DNA of 63,998 nt, counting the filler, from Jimgerdemannia flammicorona (taxonomy: Eukaryota), in the NCBI GenBank assembly GCA_003990765.1. It is 3 parts of 3 records of this genome, joined end to end, with 100 filler letters (N's around TTAATTAATTAA, not from the genome) between each part and the next. Parts side by side here need not be neighbours in the genome. Positions count along the whole stretch, not along the records: positions 1 to 21,320 come from RBNJ01001482.1; positions 21,421 to 42,724 come from RBNJ01001483.1; 1 more part is not named here. One strand, given 5' to 3'. The number at the start of each line of letters is the position of its first letter. Position 1 is the stretch's first letter. The position numbers were made by a program, and so were the translations under genes. The notes beneath the pieces were generated by a model. The model had not been told where the DNA came from. It saw only the letters and a list, made by a program, of their open reading frames with translations, and searched no databases. Shown here one piece after another: positions 10,940-24,300 of this stretch.

Positions 10940-13900
10940 CTTTCTCTGGTAACATTCAGGTTATATAACTTTCTAACAATACTTTCAATACTGTTTTCAG
11001 AGAAAAGTTACTAGTATCATAGTAACCAATAAGTGTTCTGAGGTATATACTGGGCAGGATGGCTCTGGTGCATTTAACTGGCAATATGTTGGGAGGGGTC
11101 CTGGCTTGGGGGAAAGCATGAGGGGCCTACTGGTGGGAGGATGTAGTAGGGGAGAGGGAAGTACTGGAGGCCAGGGGACAGAGAGGGTGAGCTTTGCAGA
11201 GAAGGTGAAAGGGGGTCAGCAGGGAGCTGGGCTAGAGAGTTGGCTGAGGGGGAGTAAGATGATGGTGAAGACTACAGAGCAGGGGCTTTGAGGGAGAGAT
11301 CCTCTGGGGGGCCAGAGTAGTGGGGCCAGTAGTATAGTGGCTGAGAAGGTGACTGCCAATGGGAGTATGATGGGCAATCTGGAAAAAAATCCAGATGGGA
11401 CTACTGATGGTGTACTAAGCAGTGGGATGGGCATGAGGCCTAGTGATCTGGCTGATAGTATAATAGGACTGGTGGTGACACTATTACTCAAGAAGTCAAT
11501 CTCAGAATTCACAATCACTCTGTACTTCAGGGGCTTGGCAGTGATGGCAAAAATGGTTCTAGAGCTGATTGTGAAGCAGGTGGAAGGTGTAGCTTCTGTT
11601 AAGTTCTTGAAGGGACTGGAAGGGGTGGAGGTGGGCTTTGAGGAGGCAGGGTTGCTGGAGGAGGCACTGAAGGCTGGGTTGATGGTGGAGGAAGTGTATG
11701 TCTCAATAGTATGGTACTTGAGATGGGACCTCAGAGTGGTGCAGCTCCTAGTGAAGGGGTGCCTATTGTGACCACTATGGAAATGAGGAGGAGAGTTGAG
11801 GAGATTATGGCTGAATATAGGGAGGTGGTCAATATAGGGTTTAGGGTCGAAGAAGAGACCACCTTCTGAACAGAGAATGTTGATGTCCAGATTCAGCTGG
11901 CAGGGAGGGAGACTACTGGCAAGGTGCATAATTGGCCTTTGGTGATGATGTGGAGAGCTTTTGTGTATAAGGTGATAAGAGTAAAGGGGAGTGAGGAGGA
12001 GGAGGAGGACCTGTTGGAGGCACTGGAGGAGCTGAGTGGTGTGGTGGAGTAGAGGGCAAAGTCTTGGAAGGTATATGTAGAGTCAATACACTTGGAGATT
12101 GTTAATGGGAAGTGGGTCCATATTGACAAGGGGCTGTAGAGAGGACCCAAGGTTACAGAAGGCAGAGGGAGTTGCTGGCAAGTCTGGAGGTGAAGCAGAT
12201 AAAGACTGCTGATGGCAGTGAGGATACTGGGGGAGCTTTGGTGAGTGTTTGGGCTAGGGGGCAAGGGGAGAATGTGGAGGTGGGTCTGGGGGGGGCCAGG
12301 AAGACACTGAGTAAGGACCTATATGAGAATGATATGTTTAAAGTCTGGAAGCAATCTCCTATACCTACTTCTCTGATCAGGTGGAGACTGGCTGAAAAGG
12401 GCCAAGTGGCAGAGGATGTGCCCATGTATAGTGCCCAGCAGGTGCACTTTGGGGTTTCTGAGGTGGTGAAAGATGGACAAGTGGTGGTAGTTAGAGAGGA
12501 GAAACTGGTGGATGTCTCAGAGGAGGGGTGGAATGAGGCTACAAGTGTGGGAGAGGATATCTCAATACTGAGTAGTGGACAGCCTGTGACCCCTGGGGGG
12601 AAGGAAGTGGAGAATCTACTGTAGAAATACTGGATAATGAATAACCTTGTAGCAGAGAAGCTGGGAGAAGTGGACCTGAGAGTGATGAGTGATGAGTACT
12701 GGGCAAGAATCTTATATGGTGATAGAGGGGTAGAGGCATTGAGGGCAGAGGTACTGACAGTTTTCCTGGAGGAGGAAGGGTATGAGATAGACAAGGAGAG
12801 GGAGGCTGAGCTGGCAGTTGTTGCTGGTGAGTGGGCCATTTACTGCTGGGAAAAGTGTCATGGTTTGCAGCTCTGGCAGGAGGCCTGTCTGGAGTATTGT
12901 GAGAATTTTGAGGAAAAGGAGGATGGGGAAATAGCTGAGCTACTGGAGGGATTGGAAACCAAGAGAGCTGAGGAAAAGGCAGTGTCTGCTGAATATGACC
13001 TGGACTTGGCAAGAGAGGTGAGGGATATGGAGCAGTAGAGGATGTATTTTCAACTCCATAATATTTCTTATGAATAGTACAACCAATATTTTCTCTCTCA
13101 ATGTGAATGGGTTATGGGGTTTATGTCAGCATCAGAACATTTTTGCTTGGCTGAAGAGACTGGAGGCCAATCTCTTTCTTTTGTAGGATGTCAGGTGTGA
13201 GGATGATTTAGACAGACAGGAGTAGACTAAAGAATAGGGAGGAGAGGTAGTATGGAAAGACAAGGTGGAAATTCTGGTCTGGAGGGGCAGAGGAGAGATA
13301 TAAGAGGTGAGGAGCTGGAAAGACAGGCTGGTTTAGGGAGAGTGGATTTAAGCAGGTTGGGAGCTAGTTACAGTGGGATCTTGCTACTGTCCTGCTATTT
13401 GGGGGAAGCATGTAGACTGGGTGAGAGACTTCCTAGAGAGTAGGGCCTTTACAGAGGCTGGAGTGAATATGCTTGGCAGGGACTTCAATATGGTTCAGGA
13501 TGTATTGGTGGATAGAACTGATGAAGGGCAGGGGGCTGAGGGTCAGAGTGGCAGTCTAGAGGCATAGGAGGAGGTAGAGAGACTAAGTGCACTGGTGGAT
13601 GCTGGCAGGGGACTTTGGGGCATTAGGAGAGTATATATGCACTGGGCCAGGGGTCTGGGGACAAGGATTAACTGGGTTTTGACTGCAGACTACTGGGGAT
13701 TAGATATCTGGAAATCACTGGAGATTGAATGGTGTCCATAGTCAGATCATTGGGGGTTGTTAGGGCATAGACATTTTGGGGGGAGTGGGGATGGGCTTGG
13801 ACATTGATATCTAAATTCCTCTTTGTTGAATAATAAGGAGCTGTGAGATAAGTAGGCTGTAGACATTCAGTAGAGAGTGGTGAGATGGGTACAGGAGGGG

Positions 13901-16283
13901 ACCCCCATGGGTATCAGGGGGAGGTGGCTGAAGGAGGCAGCTAGGGTCCACTGAGGAGAAGCTGATAAGATGGCTGGCAGATAGAGGAGGTGATAGGTGG
14001 CATGGGCTTCTGCTAGGCTGGCTCAGCTTCTGGAGGATAGGGCTGGACTATTGGCCCTAGAGGGGGGGGGAGGACTGGAGATTGCTATGGGTATAGAAGG
14101 AGATAGAGGAGCTACAACTGGTGATAAGAGAGGAGGAGGAGGCATGGGTACAGAGTTTGGCAGCATGATTGTAGTGGCAGGGACTGGAGGAAGGGTAGAG
14201 GCCCTCTAAGTTTCTCATGAGGGCCCTTTGGACAAAAAGAGTTCAGCAGAGATGGGAGGGGGCATTGGATGCTGATGGACATCTGATGCATAGCATACAA
14301 GATATTCTCAAATTGCTAAAGAAGAAGTAGAGTGGTTTGTTGAGTGAGGAGGAGGGGGGGACTGATGAGGCTGCCATTGACCATACTTTGGAGAATTAGC
14401 ACCCACTATAGATAGGAGGACTGGACAGCCTGGTGTTACCAGTACAGGAGGAGGAGATTTGCCAGGTTCTTGCCATAACTTCACTGGACACAGTACTGGG
14501 AGAAGATGGTGGGAATCCTCAGTATATTAGAAGAATTGATGGCAATGTGTGACTTAGTGCTAGAGTTGGGGAGATGGGTGGGTGAGCAGGATCTGGGGCT
14601 GGTGGCACTACTTTATAAGGACAAGAGTAGGAGAGAGGACTGAAGGAACTAGTGGCTGATCATACTGCTGGATATAGACAGGAAGTTGGTTACTAAGGTG
14701 GTAGTGGTGAGGTTGTAGAGGGTGGCCCAGCAGGTGTTGGGGGAGGAGCAGTGGGGCTTTGTAGTTGGCTGGCTCATTAGAGATAGCACAGCTTGGGTGT
14801 ATGATGTTATTGAGGTGGTACAAGCCTGTGGACTAGATGGGTATCTGGTTTTTATGAATCAAGAGAAGGCCTATGACCATATCCAGCAGGTCTGGTTGGT
14901 AAAGGTACTGGATAGGATTGATATCTCTCAGCAGTTCCAAGTAACAATAATCAGTCTACCGGAAGAGAGTCAGGTGGTGCTCATGTGCAATAAGTACCAA
15001 GGGGGGGCTTTTTCTCTAGATAGGGGGATCTCTCAAGGGGACCTGCTGTCTCTCATTTTATATATGCTCTCATTGGAGCCATTGATAGACAGAATCTGAT
15101 GGACAAGTATTTCAATGCTCCTTTTTCTACTACCTTACCAGTCACAATGGTTTGGTAGGCAATCTTCTGAGTCCACTTTCCACAATTATTACCCCCTCTA
15201 TCTCAGGTTGGTTTGCTGTACCTGTTGCAGAGTAGTGGAAGGGAGGCAATGGTGATAAGTTGCCCCTTTATTGATATCAGATCAGTGTCTTCTCCACTTT
15301 TTCACAGTTTCTAGTACCTTCAGCTGCATCTGGAGTGCATTCGTTTTGGTGCAGCACCTTCTTCCTTTTGCCATCACCAACAAGGTACTGTCTTGGTGTA
15401 TCATGGGCTATGTAGGGAGTCAGCCGATCTTGGGTATCAAGTGCTCAGTATAGGTTACCTGTAGGTCCTTGATGTCTGTGGTGGGGCCCTCTGACTTTGA
15501 CAAGCTTTCCAGCAAGTGCAGTTCTGATGTAGGTGACTGCTTTTTGGGTATTGTCAGGATGGAAGAGGAGATGGCCATCACAGATAGGAGGAAGGGTGAT
15601 AATGGTGAACCAGTAGGGTGCCAGGCTGGGGGTGGTCATCAGGGCTGGGGCGGGTACTGCTTCAGTAGAGCCTTTTGATTGATGCAGAGCAGTTAGGTAG
15701 TAGGTGTCACTTTTGGCTTCTTTTGGCAATTTGGCAGGTTGTGCCCCAGTTATTGGAGGGGGTTGGGGGGCCCAAGGCTATCTATTTCAGGTATCTTGGC
15801 TGCACTTAACTAGAACTGGGAGCTGATATAGCAATATGATTGAGGCCTGCAGACTTGAGTAGTAGGGTATTGGGGGTCTCCTCCCACCTCACATATAAGT
15901 CCTTTACTCACCTTGACTGAGAGAACCAGACCCTACCCACTATAATGTACTTTGATGAGGGTTTTTCTTTGTCTATTATTCTCTTTAGGGTGGCAGGGGC
16001 TATTCTATTCAGCTCAGGTGTGGCCTTATACATATGTTGGGGTCTCAGGCATGCACTTTTGGTCATTGGCATATGGCTGGATTCCCCCTGGTGGTAGGGA
16101 GAGCATGGTGTATAGAATGAGGTGTGGGCCAATATAGGCCCTGCTGCACCTGGCATAATTAAGCTGCTGGACAATAGCTAGCCTGGATTAATAGGGGAGC
16201 AGTGTATGATAGGTGGTGGGGGAGGGTTTTGGCCTATATAGTCTAGGTTCTCTTCCAATAAAAATCTGTGGAACATTGAGTCC

Positions 16284-16318
<35 letters not shown>

Positions 16319-17985
16319 CAGAATCTGATAGAAGATAGTAGGGCTCTCAGTATTGGGCATTGGATGGAAAGTTGGAGCCTTTATAGATAACATGGTGGTT
16401 GGCTTGAGATTGATTGCTGATATAGAGGAACTCAAGATAATGGTGGAGTAGTATGAGGTATATTCTGGGGCTAAACTTAATTAGTATAAGTATAAGATGA
16501 TGGTGTTAGATAATGGCCTGGTGGGAGGAGATATCATTGGAATAATTATCTCTGCTAAAGAGGTAGTGTGATACCTAGGTGTTTATCTCTCAGTTTATGG
16601 GTCAGTCTTATCTAAGGCTTAGTGAGAGCAGTAAGTTGTGATCTGGGAGAAGGCCCTGTGGAGTTGGAGTGGCCATCAGATATCTCTAGCTGGGCATGTT
16701 TCTATTTTGAATATCTACTAGCTACTGAAGCTGTAGTATTTGGCTTATCATTTGGACTTTCCAGCCTGGGTGGTGAAGCAACTATTGAAACTAGCCAAGG
16801 ATTGGATCTGGACCAGGAGGAGGAGTCAGATTAGCTGGAAAATCTTATCTCTGCCAGTCACTAGAAGTGGTCTGGGGCTGGTTGACTTTCCAAAGAGGCT
16901 GCACTGCCTGAGAGTATAGTGGTTGAAGAGGGTGGTAGAGCTGAGAAATAGTAGCTGAGTTCTCCTGATGAAGAAGGACTGAGAGATGAGGTCCTCACCA
17001 AGAGGCTCTACAGATGATCTACTGTCCTTGGTCAGGCTTCAGAACAATGGTCTCATGTGGTATAGGGGATTCTGATAGAGAGTTGTAGATGGGGTATATC
17101 ATATTGGAATTCACTGGTAGAGAGATAAAGGGGAGATGCCTTGGGACCCTGTGATGTAGAGATGGGATCATATGCTATTAGTGGTATCTTGCTGCTTGAT
17201 TTCAATATTAGTGATGGGGTAGAGTGTCAGAGGGGGTTAGGACAGGATTTGTGGCCTGATGGATAGCAGCAGGGGAGGAGTGAGATTGGAATAGAGTCTG
17301 GGCCTAGAGTGCTGAGGTCAGATAATAGCTGCTACCAAAGTACTGAGTGGTCTGGTAGTACTTATTGTGGAAGAATGTTATGCTCAACTTTCACTCAGGC
17401 CATCTGGTTGAGGGGGGTAATTTTGACTGTGAGGAGTGCTTTAATGTAGAGCAGGAAGGGGGTTTTGTACAGATACTTGAACATTGGCTGAGAGAGTGTG
17501 AGGTGCTAGATGACTTTTGATTGGCAATAGGGCATCAACTAGGTATTATGTATAGGGAAGTTGATGTGAGAGACTGGTGGGAGAACTTGTGGGATAGATT
17601 GGTGGGGGGGGGTTGGGTCAGAGTGACTCACTTTGGGTTGAATTATAGCTGTATGAGTGGGGTTAGTGGGCCACTGGTTGTATATTTTTAAGGATGAGAG
17701 GAGACTAGATTTGAGGGTATGATTGCTGAGGTGGGAAGGGCTGATGGAGGATATCTTGATGGGCTGATGGCTTGGTTGAGATATGAAGAGTGGTTGGCAG
17801 CATAGTTTGGTTGAGAAAATCTGTTGGCAGAGTGGAAGGAGAGTTAGAATAGTGGGTAAAAGGGTATCTTTCAAGTATAAAGAGATAGAGGGGGGCCCCT
17901 CTAGGGGGATTGGGTAGTGAGAGGAGGTACTGTAACTATATCTATAGACTGGTAATAAATAGTGAAGTCTAAGTGACTTTAAAAA

Positions 17986-18003
<18 letters not shown>
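10940..18003 (+). mobile_element. Near full-length Tx1/L1-like LINE (family B), decayed, interrupted at 15101-16316
   Basis: ORF2 start MNSTTNIFSLNVNGL at 13070; GRDFN, SDH; RT QWGFVVGWLIRD, NQEKAYDHI, GISQGDLLS, FIDN; polyA 17981-18003. Confidence 0.88.
15101..16316 (+). mobile_element. Unidentified 1.2-kb polyA-tailed retroposed element, copy 1
   Basis: AATAAA and ~30-nt polyA; exact 13-bp TSD GACAGAATCTGAT at 15088-15100 and 16317-16329; second copy at 22776-23855. Confidence 0.85.
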
Positions 18004-18025
<22 letters not shown>

Positions 18026-18029
18026 TGTA

Positions 18030-19510
18030 GACTATTTATCATTATCAATAAAAATGTTGAAAGCTTTGCAGGAATTGCCACCCCTTCTCAGCCCTACTAT
18101 GGATAATTTTCTTTTATTTCTTACAGATTGTCCTCTAGATATGAGCCCCATTCACACTATTACAGAATGCATCCACCTACTTAGATGTAACTTTCCTTAT
18201 GTCAGCCATCTTATCTTCATCAATATCATACCCCTTATCATCCAGAAGCACTGCCACTATTGCTATCACCAACTTTGGTCCTTGTATAGCAACATTGAGA
18301 AATTTATCCCAAGTCTCCAGAGATCTATGAAATATATCCACTTTCTTGATATCCTCCTCTGTAAGTTCCTCAAGCACTGTCTGGTACTAGCTATCTGCCA
18401 TTATCACCAGAGGCCCAGGAGTAGCCGGCCTAGGGTTCCTACTTAACTCCTGTAGTAGCTCTTTATCTGCTGAGACATCAGAGGCCATATCTACCAGATC
18501 ATCCTCCTCATTGACCTTCTCCAGCCTCACTACCTCACCTGTCTCCAGATACTTCCAATGAACATTCACTGTCTCTGCCATATAGATGTCCTCCAATTGA
18601 GTCTCCAGTACTACTTTAGTAATATCCTCAAAACCCCCCTCTCTTGCCTTCTCGTTATTAGCCTACTTCCCTTTCACTGATATATGAACTGAATTCTCTA
18701 TATTATCCAGCTGTGAAAAAGACATCTCTGCTATCTCTACCTCTTCTATCTGACTCTTGGCCACCTCTGCCCTCACCATCTCTTTCTCTTTTGAACCCTG
18801 GAGGACTGTCTGTAGATATTTCTAGCTCTATTTCTGCTACCTCTTTTGCCTCCTATCCATTGAAATCCAGATCCAGTCCTTAGCAAACTTCTCTCATCTT
18901 CTCTTCCACTGTATCTTTGTAGCCTCTCTCTCCTCCAGAGTGAATAACAATTCCTCCCCCTCCTGCTCAGATCCCTTTCTCCTCTATATATTACACTCTT
19001 GACTATTAATATAAATTACCTCTAGCCAGTCCCTCCCTAGCCCTGTTGCCTCCTTGCTTTCTAGTCTCACCATTACCTCACAGTTGCCATTCCTCAGCTT
19101 GGTTCCTTCCCAGAATATGAAGCCAAAATCAACCATCTCACTAAAGCCCCCCAGTATCTCTGCTACAATTCCCTTAGTCTCTTACCTACCCAGCATTGGC
19201 AATTCCTCCACTACCAGATACACTATACATGGATGTACATCAGGTATCTCATCATCCCAACCTTGATGTTCTTGACCACCAATCCTTTCTCCAGGGCCTT
19301 CATCATCTCCTCCTTCTCTACAAAGCCAATCTCCACTGCCTTTGCTGATGGAATAAACTTCAGTGACTCTGCACCAGCAACCTCCTCACCCATAAGCTGC
19401 AGAACCTCTGGCAGATATACTCAGCCCCAAGAAGTTTGTCAAAATAGCCCACATTGATACCAACTTGTAAACAAATGGGTGCACTACTAGTTTACCTAAG
19501 TCAGCTGTCA
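18030..19510 (-). mobile_element. LINE family A ORF1 fragment
   Basis: Translations (MLEELTEEDIKKVDIF, EEDDLVDMASDV) match ORF1 at 4350-5830. Confidence 0.85.
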
Positions 19511-21110
19511 TTTTTTTTTTTTTTATAGTCTCTTGGACTTTGCTATTTATTACCAGTCTATTAAATATAAATACAGTACCCCCTCCCACTACCTAATCCC
19601 TCTAGGGGACCCCCCCTCCACACTTTTATACTTGAATACCATCTTATCACTAACTACTACAACTCTCTCCCCACTCTGCCCACAAATATTCTCTATTAAA
19701 TAATGTCAATGACCTCTCTGCAGACTCCATCTCAGCCACCAATCTATCAATATATCTACCATCAACCCTTCTCACCTCAATAGCTGCTCTCCCAAACCCA
19801 AATATCTCTCTTTCTCAAAAACAAACAGCCAGTATCCAGCTAGCCCCCCCATATAGCTAAAACTCAACTAATGGTGAGCCACTCATTTCTAACCCCCCTC
19901 TGATCAATTTATCCTTCAGATCCTCCCAATAATCCCTCTTATCATCCCCTCTCCTCACAACACCCAATTGATTTCTAACTGCTAACCAAAAGTCTCTAAG
20001 TATCTTATACTCTCCCAGTCAATATTCTGGCATCTGTACAAATCTCCCTTCCTTTTCTACATTATAACACTCCTTACAATCAAAGCTTCTCCCCTCTACA
20101 AAGTGGCCTGAATGAAAGTTGAGTATAACATTCCTCTATAGCATATGCTATCAAACCACTCAGTACTTAGGTGGCAGTCATTGCTATATCTCTATACTCT
20201 AGGTCCAAACCCCATTCCAGTCCTACTCCTCTCTAATATCCACCATCTGCCAGCCACTAGGCCATACATTCTGTCCCAACCCTCTCTGGCACTCAACCCT
20301 ATCACCAATATCAAAGTTAATTAGGAGAGTATCTCCCAACAATACTCAATCCTATCTCTATATTACTGGGCCCCAAGGTATCTCTCCTTCAGCCCCCTGT
20401 CAGCAAATACTAATGCAGTGTACCCTATCCACTACTCTCTATCAGAAGCCCTTATACCATATACATCCACTATTCTGAAGCCCAACTAAGGACAGTAGAT
20501 CTCCTGTAGAGCCTCTTAGCAAGAACCTCATCTTCTAGACCTTTTTCATCAGAGGTATCTAGCTATCACCCCTCAGTTCCACAGCTCTCTTCAGCCACAA
20601 GCTCTCAGACAATACAGCCTCTTCAGGAAGTCAACCAGCCTAAGACCTCCTTTAGCCACTGATAATGACAAGAATTCCCAGCTAATCTGACTTCTCCTCC
20701 CAGCCCAGATCTAATCTGTAGCCAGCTTCAATAGCCTCTTTACTACCCAAACTAGAAAGTTCAGATAATATACTAAATACCATAGCTTCAGCAGCCAGGA
20801 GATATTCAAAATTGAAACATGACCCACCAAAGATATGTAGTGGCCTTCCCAACTCTGTATAGCCTCCCCCCAAATAGCCACCCACTATTCTCACTAAGGT
20901 CTTGATAGGACTGACCCATAAATTGAGAGTTAAATACCCAAGTACTATACAGCATCTCCAGTAGGGACAATTGTTCCAATGACATCTCCTTCCACCAGAC
21001 TATTGCTCAATACTATTATTTCACACTTATGCCAGTTGAGTTTAGCTCCAGAGTGTACCTCATACCACTCCACTATTTCCTGGAGTTCCTCAACATCAGT
21101 AATTAATTTC
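19511..21110 (-). mobile_element. LINE family B 3' part with polyA tail
   Basis: PolyT 19511-19524 followed by the reverse complement of the family 3' end; similar to 16400-17980. Confidence 0.8.
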
Positions 21111-21320
21111 AGGAGGGGGATCGCTGGGAGGACTTCAAATCTCGGCTTGTGGGTGGGGTTGGGGACAGTTGGCTCACTGTAGGATGGGTGTTAGCAGTGT
21201 GGGTGGGGTTGGCGGGACATTGGCTATTCATATTTGAGGAGGGGCAGTGGTTGGGGTTGCGTGAGAAGGTTTTAAGGTGGGAGGAGCTGGTGGGGGATCT
21301 GCTAACCGGGTGGTGGGTGG
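21111..21320 (+). mobile_element. Less-mutated LINE family B 3' fragment at a contig end
   Basis: Similar to 50515-50720 but retains CpG; abuts the gap. Confidence 0.65.
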
Positions 21321-21420
21321 NNNNNNNNNNNNNNNNNNNNNNNNNNNNNNNNNNNNNNNNNNNNTTAATTAATTAANNNNNNNNNNNNNNNNNNNNNNNN
21401 NNNNNNNNNNNNNNNNNNNN
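21321..21420. other. Artificial scaffold gap (44 N + TTAATTAATTAA + 44 N)
   Basis: Six-frame stop linker within exactly 100 nt. Confidence 0.97.
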
Positions 21421-21875
21421 GACGGGCATAACAGGCAAGATGGGCATAACGGGCAAAACAGGCAAGATGGGCAACATGGGCAAGACAGCAAGACGGGCGA
21501 CATGGGTAAGACGGGCAAAACGGGCAAAACGACACGGGCAAGACTGGCAAAATGGGCAAGATGGGCAACACAGGCAAGACAAGATGGGTGACATGGGCAA
21601 GATGGGCAAAACAGGCAAAATGACAGGCAAGACAGGCAAGACGGGCAAGACAGGCAAGGCGGGTAACATGGGCATGACGGGCAAGATGGGCAAGACGGTA
21701 AGTCGGGCGACATGGGCAAGACGGCAAAACGATACGGGCAAGACGCGGGTAACATGGGCAAGACAGGCAAGACAGGTAAGATGGCAAGATGGGCGACATG
21801 GGCAAGATGGGCAAAATGGGAAAAATGACATGGGCAACTGGGCAACCGGGCAAGACGGGCAAGATGGGCAAGATG
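21421..21875 (+). repeat. 9-bp minisatellite (GAYGGGCAA)n
   Basis: About 50 degenerate units of GACGGGCAA/GATGGGCAA/ACAGGCAA. Confidence 0.9.
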
Positions 21876-22172
21876 GGGAGGCACTAATAGGGGTAGGCCA
21901 GGTGCACTAGATGCCAAGTACTTGAGGTGGTTGGGGCTTACAACCCATATCCACTCTTGGGTGGGGCAGGCTAGGTAGGAGCATCTAGTTACTTGGGCAG
22001 TGAGGTCACAACTCATATCCTAAAGGTGCTTAGATTGTTATTGGTTTGGAAATTGTAGTGTGAGAGTAGGGTGGGGTGAGATGCAGAATGTGGCTGCTGG
22101 TATGGCATGAGGATTTTAGATAGTTAATAAATGGGGCTCTGGCCTATAGAGGAAAAAAAAAAAAAAAAAAAA

Positions 22173-22420
22173 TAAGATATAGTACAGAGTTGGGGGTTTG
22201 AATATTTTGATAGTAAACTAGAAGATTGGGGCCTTTGCTGATAATATAGTGGTCAGGCTGGACTTGGTGGAGGATGTGGCAGTACTGAAGAGTACAGTGG
22301 AATGGTATGAGGAGTGTTTAGATACTAGGCTCAACTGGCATAAGTGTGAGACTCTGGTCCTAGGTAGAGGAATTGTTGATGACAATATGATTAAAATAGT
22401 AGTCCCAGCTAGAGAATGAG
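22173..22420 (+). mobile_element. LINE RT fragment
   Basis: KIGAFADNIVV...LNWHKCETLV, homologous to 7900-8040. Confidence 0.75.
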
Positions 22421-22775
22421 TAGAATAATATTTCACAAAATAGTACTGGTTTAGTGAAGAGTATACTAAGGCATGTTACTGTAGTTACTAAAGTTAAGAG
22501 GAAATATACAAAATATTAATTATTAGTAATAATGTGATTCAGATATCATCAGGATTATAAGTGTACCAATGATTAATATAACTTTAAAAGATAATAACTA
22601 ATTATATAATTATCCAAATAAGACAAAACTAATATAGTTAAAAGCTCTAATTATGCTTTATTATTAATTAAAAAATAGCTTTAATAGTATTTATATTTAA
22701 GCTATAAAAATTTAAAAAATAAAAAAATATAACATTGGTACACTTATGTCTTTCACTATATAAAGAATATATAAT

Positions 22776-23855
22776 CTTAGGTTGGTTTGCTGTATCTGTA
22801 AGAGTATGATGTGAGAGAGGCAATAGTGATGAATTGCTTCTTTATTAGTATTGAATTAGTGTCTTCTCCACTTTTTCATAGTTTCTGATACCTTCAGCTA
22901 TATCTGGAGTATATCTGTTTTAGTATAGTACTTTCTTCCTTTTATCATCATAAATAAGATGTCATCTGGTGAATCATAGGTTATATATAAAGTTGGCTGA
23001 CCTTGGGTATCAAGTATCAGTATAGGTTATCTGCAGGTCTTCAGTATCTATAATAGGACCCTCTGAGCTTTCTAGTGAGTATAGTTCTGATATATATAAC
23101 TATTTTTTGGGTGAAGTCAGGATTGGAGGAGAGATGGCCATCACAGATAAGAGAAAGGGCAATTACAGTAGACCAGTAAAGTACCAGACTGGGAGTAGTC
23201 ATTGGAGCTGGAACAGGTACTATATCAGTAGGGCCTTCTGATTGGTATAAGGTGATTAGGTGGTAGATATTACTCTCAGCTGCTTTGGTGATTTGTAGAG
23301 TTAGGCCCTAGTCATTAAGGATAGTTGGGGGGTCTGAGGCTACTTAGATTAAGAATCTTGGCTATACTTAACTAGAACTAAGAGCTGATATGGCAATATA
23401 ATCAAGACCTATAGGCTTGAGTAGTGAGATATTAAGGGTCTCCTCTCATCTTATATATAAGTCCTCTACTTATCTTATTGGAGAGAACTAGGTTCTACTC
23501 ACTATTCTATACTTTGAGGGGAGTTTTTCTTTATCTGTTGCTCTCTTTGAGATGATAGAGGCTATATGAATTGGCTCAGACATGGTCTTATACTTACATA
23601 TGTTAAGATTTCAGATATATACCTAAAGTATATATTTATTACTCTCTAGTAGTAGGAAGAGCATAGTATATAGAATGAGATAGAGACAACTTTACTCTAC
23701 TGTACCTAGTATGGTCAAGCTACTGAACAATAGCTAGCCTAGGTTTAATAGGGGTGTAGTGCTCAGGGAGTAGTGGGGGAGAGTTTTGGCCTATATAGTC
23801 TAAATTTTCTTTCAATAAAATCTGTGAGACTTCAGATCTGTAAAATAAAAAAAAG
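22776..23855 (+). mobile_element. Unidentified retroposed element, copy 2 (more decayed)
   Basis: Colinear with 15200-16290, same AATAAAATCTGTG end and A-rich tail. Confidence 0.8.
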
Positions 23856-23859
23856 TTAA

Positions 23860-24300
23860 TTCAGAGATAAAATCACTTATTCAGGAGAAAGTTGTGATGG
23901 TTGATCTGAATTAGGAACAATTATCAGAAGATAGACATTTGATTGCAGTATCTGAATCTATTCCTGATATAATATAGTATTATAGTTTAGCAGTCATATG
24001 ATCTCAGTTGTATGATTACAAAAAGCACAGCTGTACAAATCTCTCAGCTGTACAGATTTCACAGATATACTGATCTCTCAACTGTACAATATGACTCACA
24101 GGAAAAGAAGTCTTAACTGCCATATAGCTAGCAAACTTGTATAAATATCCCTAGTATCTAGAGTGAATAAACCTCAGATTGAAATAGTTCAAGCAAAGAG
24201 GCAAGGAACTAGTAAGCCTGCAGGCAGATACACTTTGAACTCACCCACCCCTGCACCTGAGGATTCTGAGGAATCAAAGAAGATCAAGTATTCAAGATAA
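23860..24300 (+). repeat. LTR-like remnant
   Basis: TTGTATAAATATCC...AATAAA arrangement as in the other LTRs; CpG-free up to ~24305. Confidence 0.4.

Noticed and set aside
21321..21420. TTAATTAATTAA palindrome in N runs (also 42725-42824)
   Set aside because: Artificial six-frame stop linker; adjacency across it is not guaranteed.
21365..22016. Cys/Pro-rich or collagen-like ORFs
   Set aside because: All frames are open only because of the 9-bp repeat; no gene structure, and indels switch frames.
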